This document shows positions 62,660 through 64,000 of a DNA stretch of 64,000 nt, in pieces (positions within the stretch are counted from its first letter, which is position 1; every line of letters starts with the position of its first letter). The stretch comes from Malacoraja senta (lineage: Eukaryota). A program made the translations under genes and the position numbers. The stretch lies in the NCBI GenBank assembly GCA_038087875.1, contig CM075993.1, positions 1,490,001 to 1,554,000 on the forward strand, read 5' to 3'. The notes under the pieces are model-generated. The model was given only the letters and a program-made list of their open reading frames with translations. It was not told the origin of the DNA and did no database searches.

Positions 62660-63090
62660 GTCAAATTGGGAAAAGAGGAAGTACAATGGGATCTGGGGGT
62701 CCTTGTTCATCGGTCACTGAAAGTAAGCATGCAGGTACAGCAGGCAGTGAAGAAAGCGAATGGCATGTTGGCCTTCATAACAAGAGGTGTTGAGTATAGG
62801 AACAAAGAGGTCCTTCTGCAGTTGTACAGGGCCCTAGTGAGACCACACCTGGAGTATTGTGTGCAGTTTTGGTCTCCAAATTTGAGGAAGGACATTCTTG
62901 CTATTGAGAGAGTGCAGTGTAGCTTCGCAAGGTTAATTCCCGGGATGGCGGGACTGTCATATGTTGATAGAATGGAGTGGCTGGGCTTGTGTCTAAATGG
63001 AATTTAGAAGGATGAGAGGGAATCTTCTTGAAACGTATAAGATTATTAAGGGTTTGGACATGCTCGAGGCAGGAAACATGTTCTCCATGT
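62660..63090 (+). mobile_element. CR1 ORF2 fragment (start repeated at 63805-64000)
   Basis: DLGVLVHRSLKVSMQVQQAVKKANGMLAFI...LVRPHLEYCVQFWSP. Confidence 0.9.
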
Positions 63091-64000
63091 TGTAGTTAAT
63101 GGCAGGAACAGCATTGATGTTCAGAGGGATCTTGGCATCCAAATCCTGAGCTCCCTTAATGTGGCAACACATGTAGATGGAGTGGTAAAGCAGGCATATG
63201 GTATGCTTGCCTTCATCGGTCAGGGCATTGAGTCCAACCATCAGGATAGCTGGAGTAAGTCAGCAGGACAAGCAGCATCTCTGGATAGAAAGAATGGGTG
63301 ATGTTTTGGTCAAGACCTTTCTTCAAGCTCTATCTTTTACACAGAGCACTGCAAATTATCTTGCTTCAAACGTCCATCCATTATCTCCTTTGACTGTTTC
63401 CACCAATCTTGCAAGGTTAGGGTTTCAAGTGCGAGCTGCTGTTATTAGGTAAGCCTAAGGTTTGGGATGGCACGGTGGCGCAGCGGTAGAGTTGCTGCCA
63501 TACAGCGCTTGCAGCTCCAGATTCGATTCTGACTACGGGTGCTGTCTGTATGGAGTTTGTACGTTCTCCCCGTGACCGTGTGGGTTTTCTCCGAGATCTT
63601 CGGTTTCCTCCCACACTCCAAAGACGTACAGGTTTGTAGGTTAATTGGCTTGGTATAAGTGTAAATTGTACCTAGTGTGTGTAGCATAGTGTTAATGTGT
63701 GGGGATCATTGGTCGGTGCAGACTCAGTGGACCAAGGGGCCTGTTTCTGCGCTGTATCTCTAAATTAAACTCACATCTAATGTGTAGTTGTTTATCTAAA
63801 TGGTGTCAAATTGGGAAAAGAGGAAGTACAATGGGATCTGGGGGGTCCTTGTTCATCAGTCACTGAAAGTAAGCATGCAGGTACAGCAGGCAGTGAAGAA
63901 AGCGAATGGCATGTTGGCCTTCATAACAAGATGAGTTGAGTATAGGAACACAGAGGTCCTTCTGCAGTTGTACAGGGCTATAGTGAGACCACACCTGGAG

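Larger units (their letters stand above)
62103..64000 (+). repeat. Local direct duplication, offset about 1145 bp
   Basis: pLTR, unique spacer, SINE and CR1 repeated in the same order; ORFs 62300..62542 and 63445..63687 differ by one residue. Confidence 0.92.

Overview
Eukaryotic, repeat-rich vertebrate DNA. The V-SINE/HE1-like SINEs, CR1, Rex1/Babar, L2, Tx1 and Neptune-type Penelope repeats point to a cartilaginous fish, probably a skate or ray (inference). There is one 200-N gap. By reading splice sites by hand I reconstructed two convergent, paralogous SEA-domain transmembrane mucin genes with a MUC1-like exon layout. Gene A (+) shows only its last five coding exons (528-6569): SEA with a G|SV site, Thr-rich stalk, TM and short tail. 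Gene B (-) appears complete (57246-29143, 13 coding exons, about 1275 aa after repairing four 1-nt deletions): signal peptide, ~840-aa Ser/Thr-rich region, three tandem SEA domains, TM and a Tyr-containing tail, with one GC-AG intron. Between them is a nearly full-length but disrupted Penelope-like element (RT + GIY-YIG). Its terminal repeat carries a minimal hammerhead-ribozyme motif, and more than 30 short copies of that repeat (counted by eye) lie across the window as solo, inverted and tandem copies. Also present are Harbinger-like MITEs, a GC-rich retroposon with covarying 3' hairpins, and two local duplications. No prokaryotic features such as CRISPR arrays or operons are supported. Repeat boundaries are approximate.
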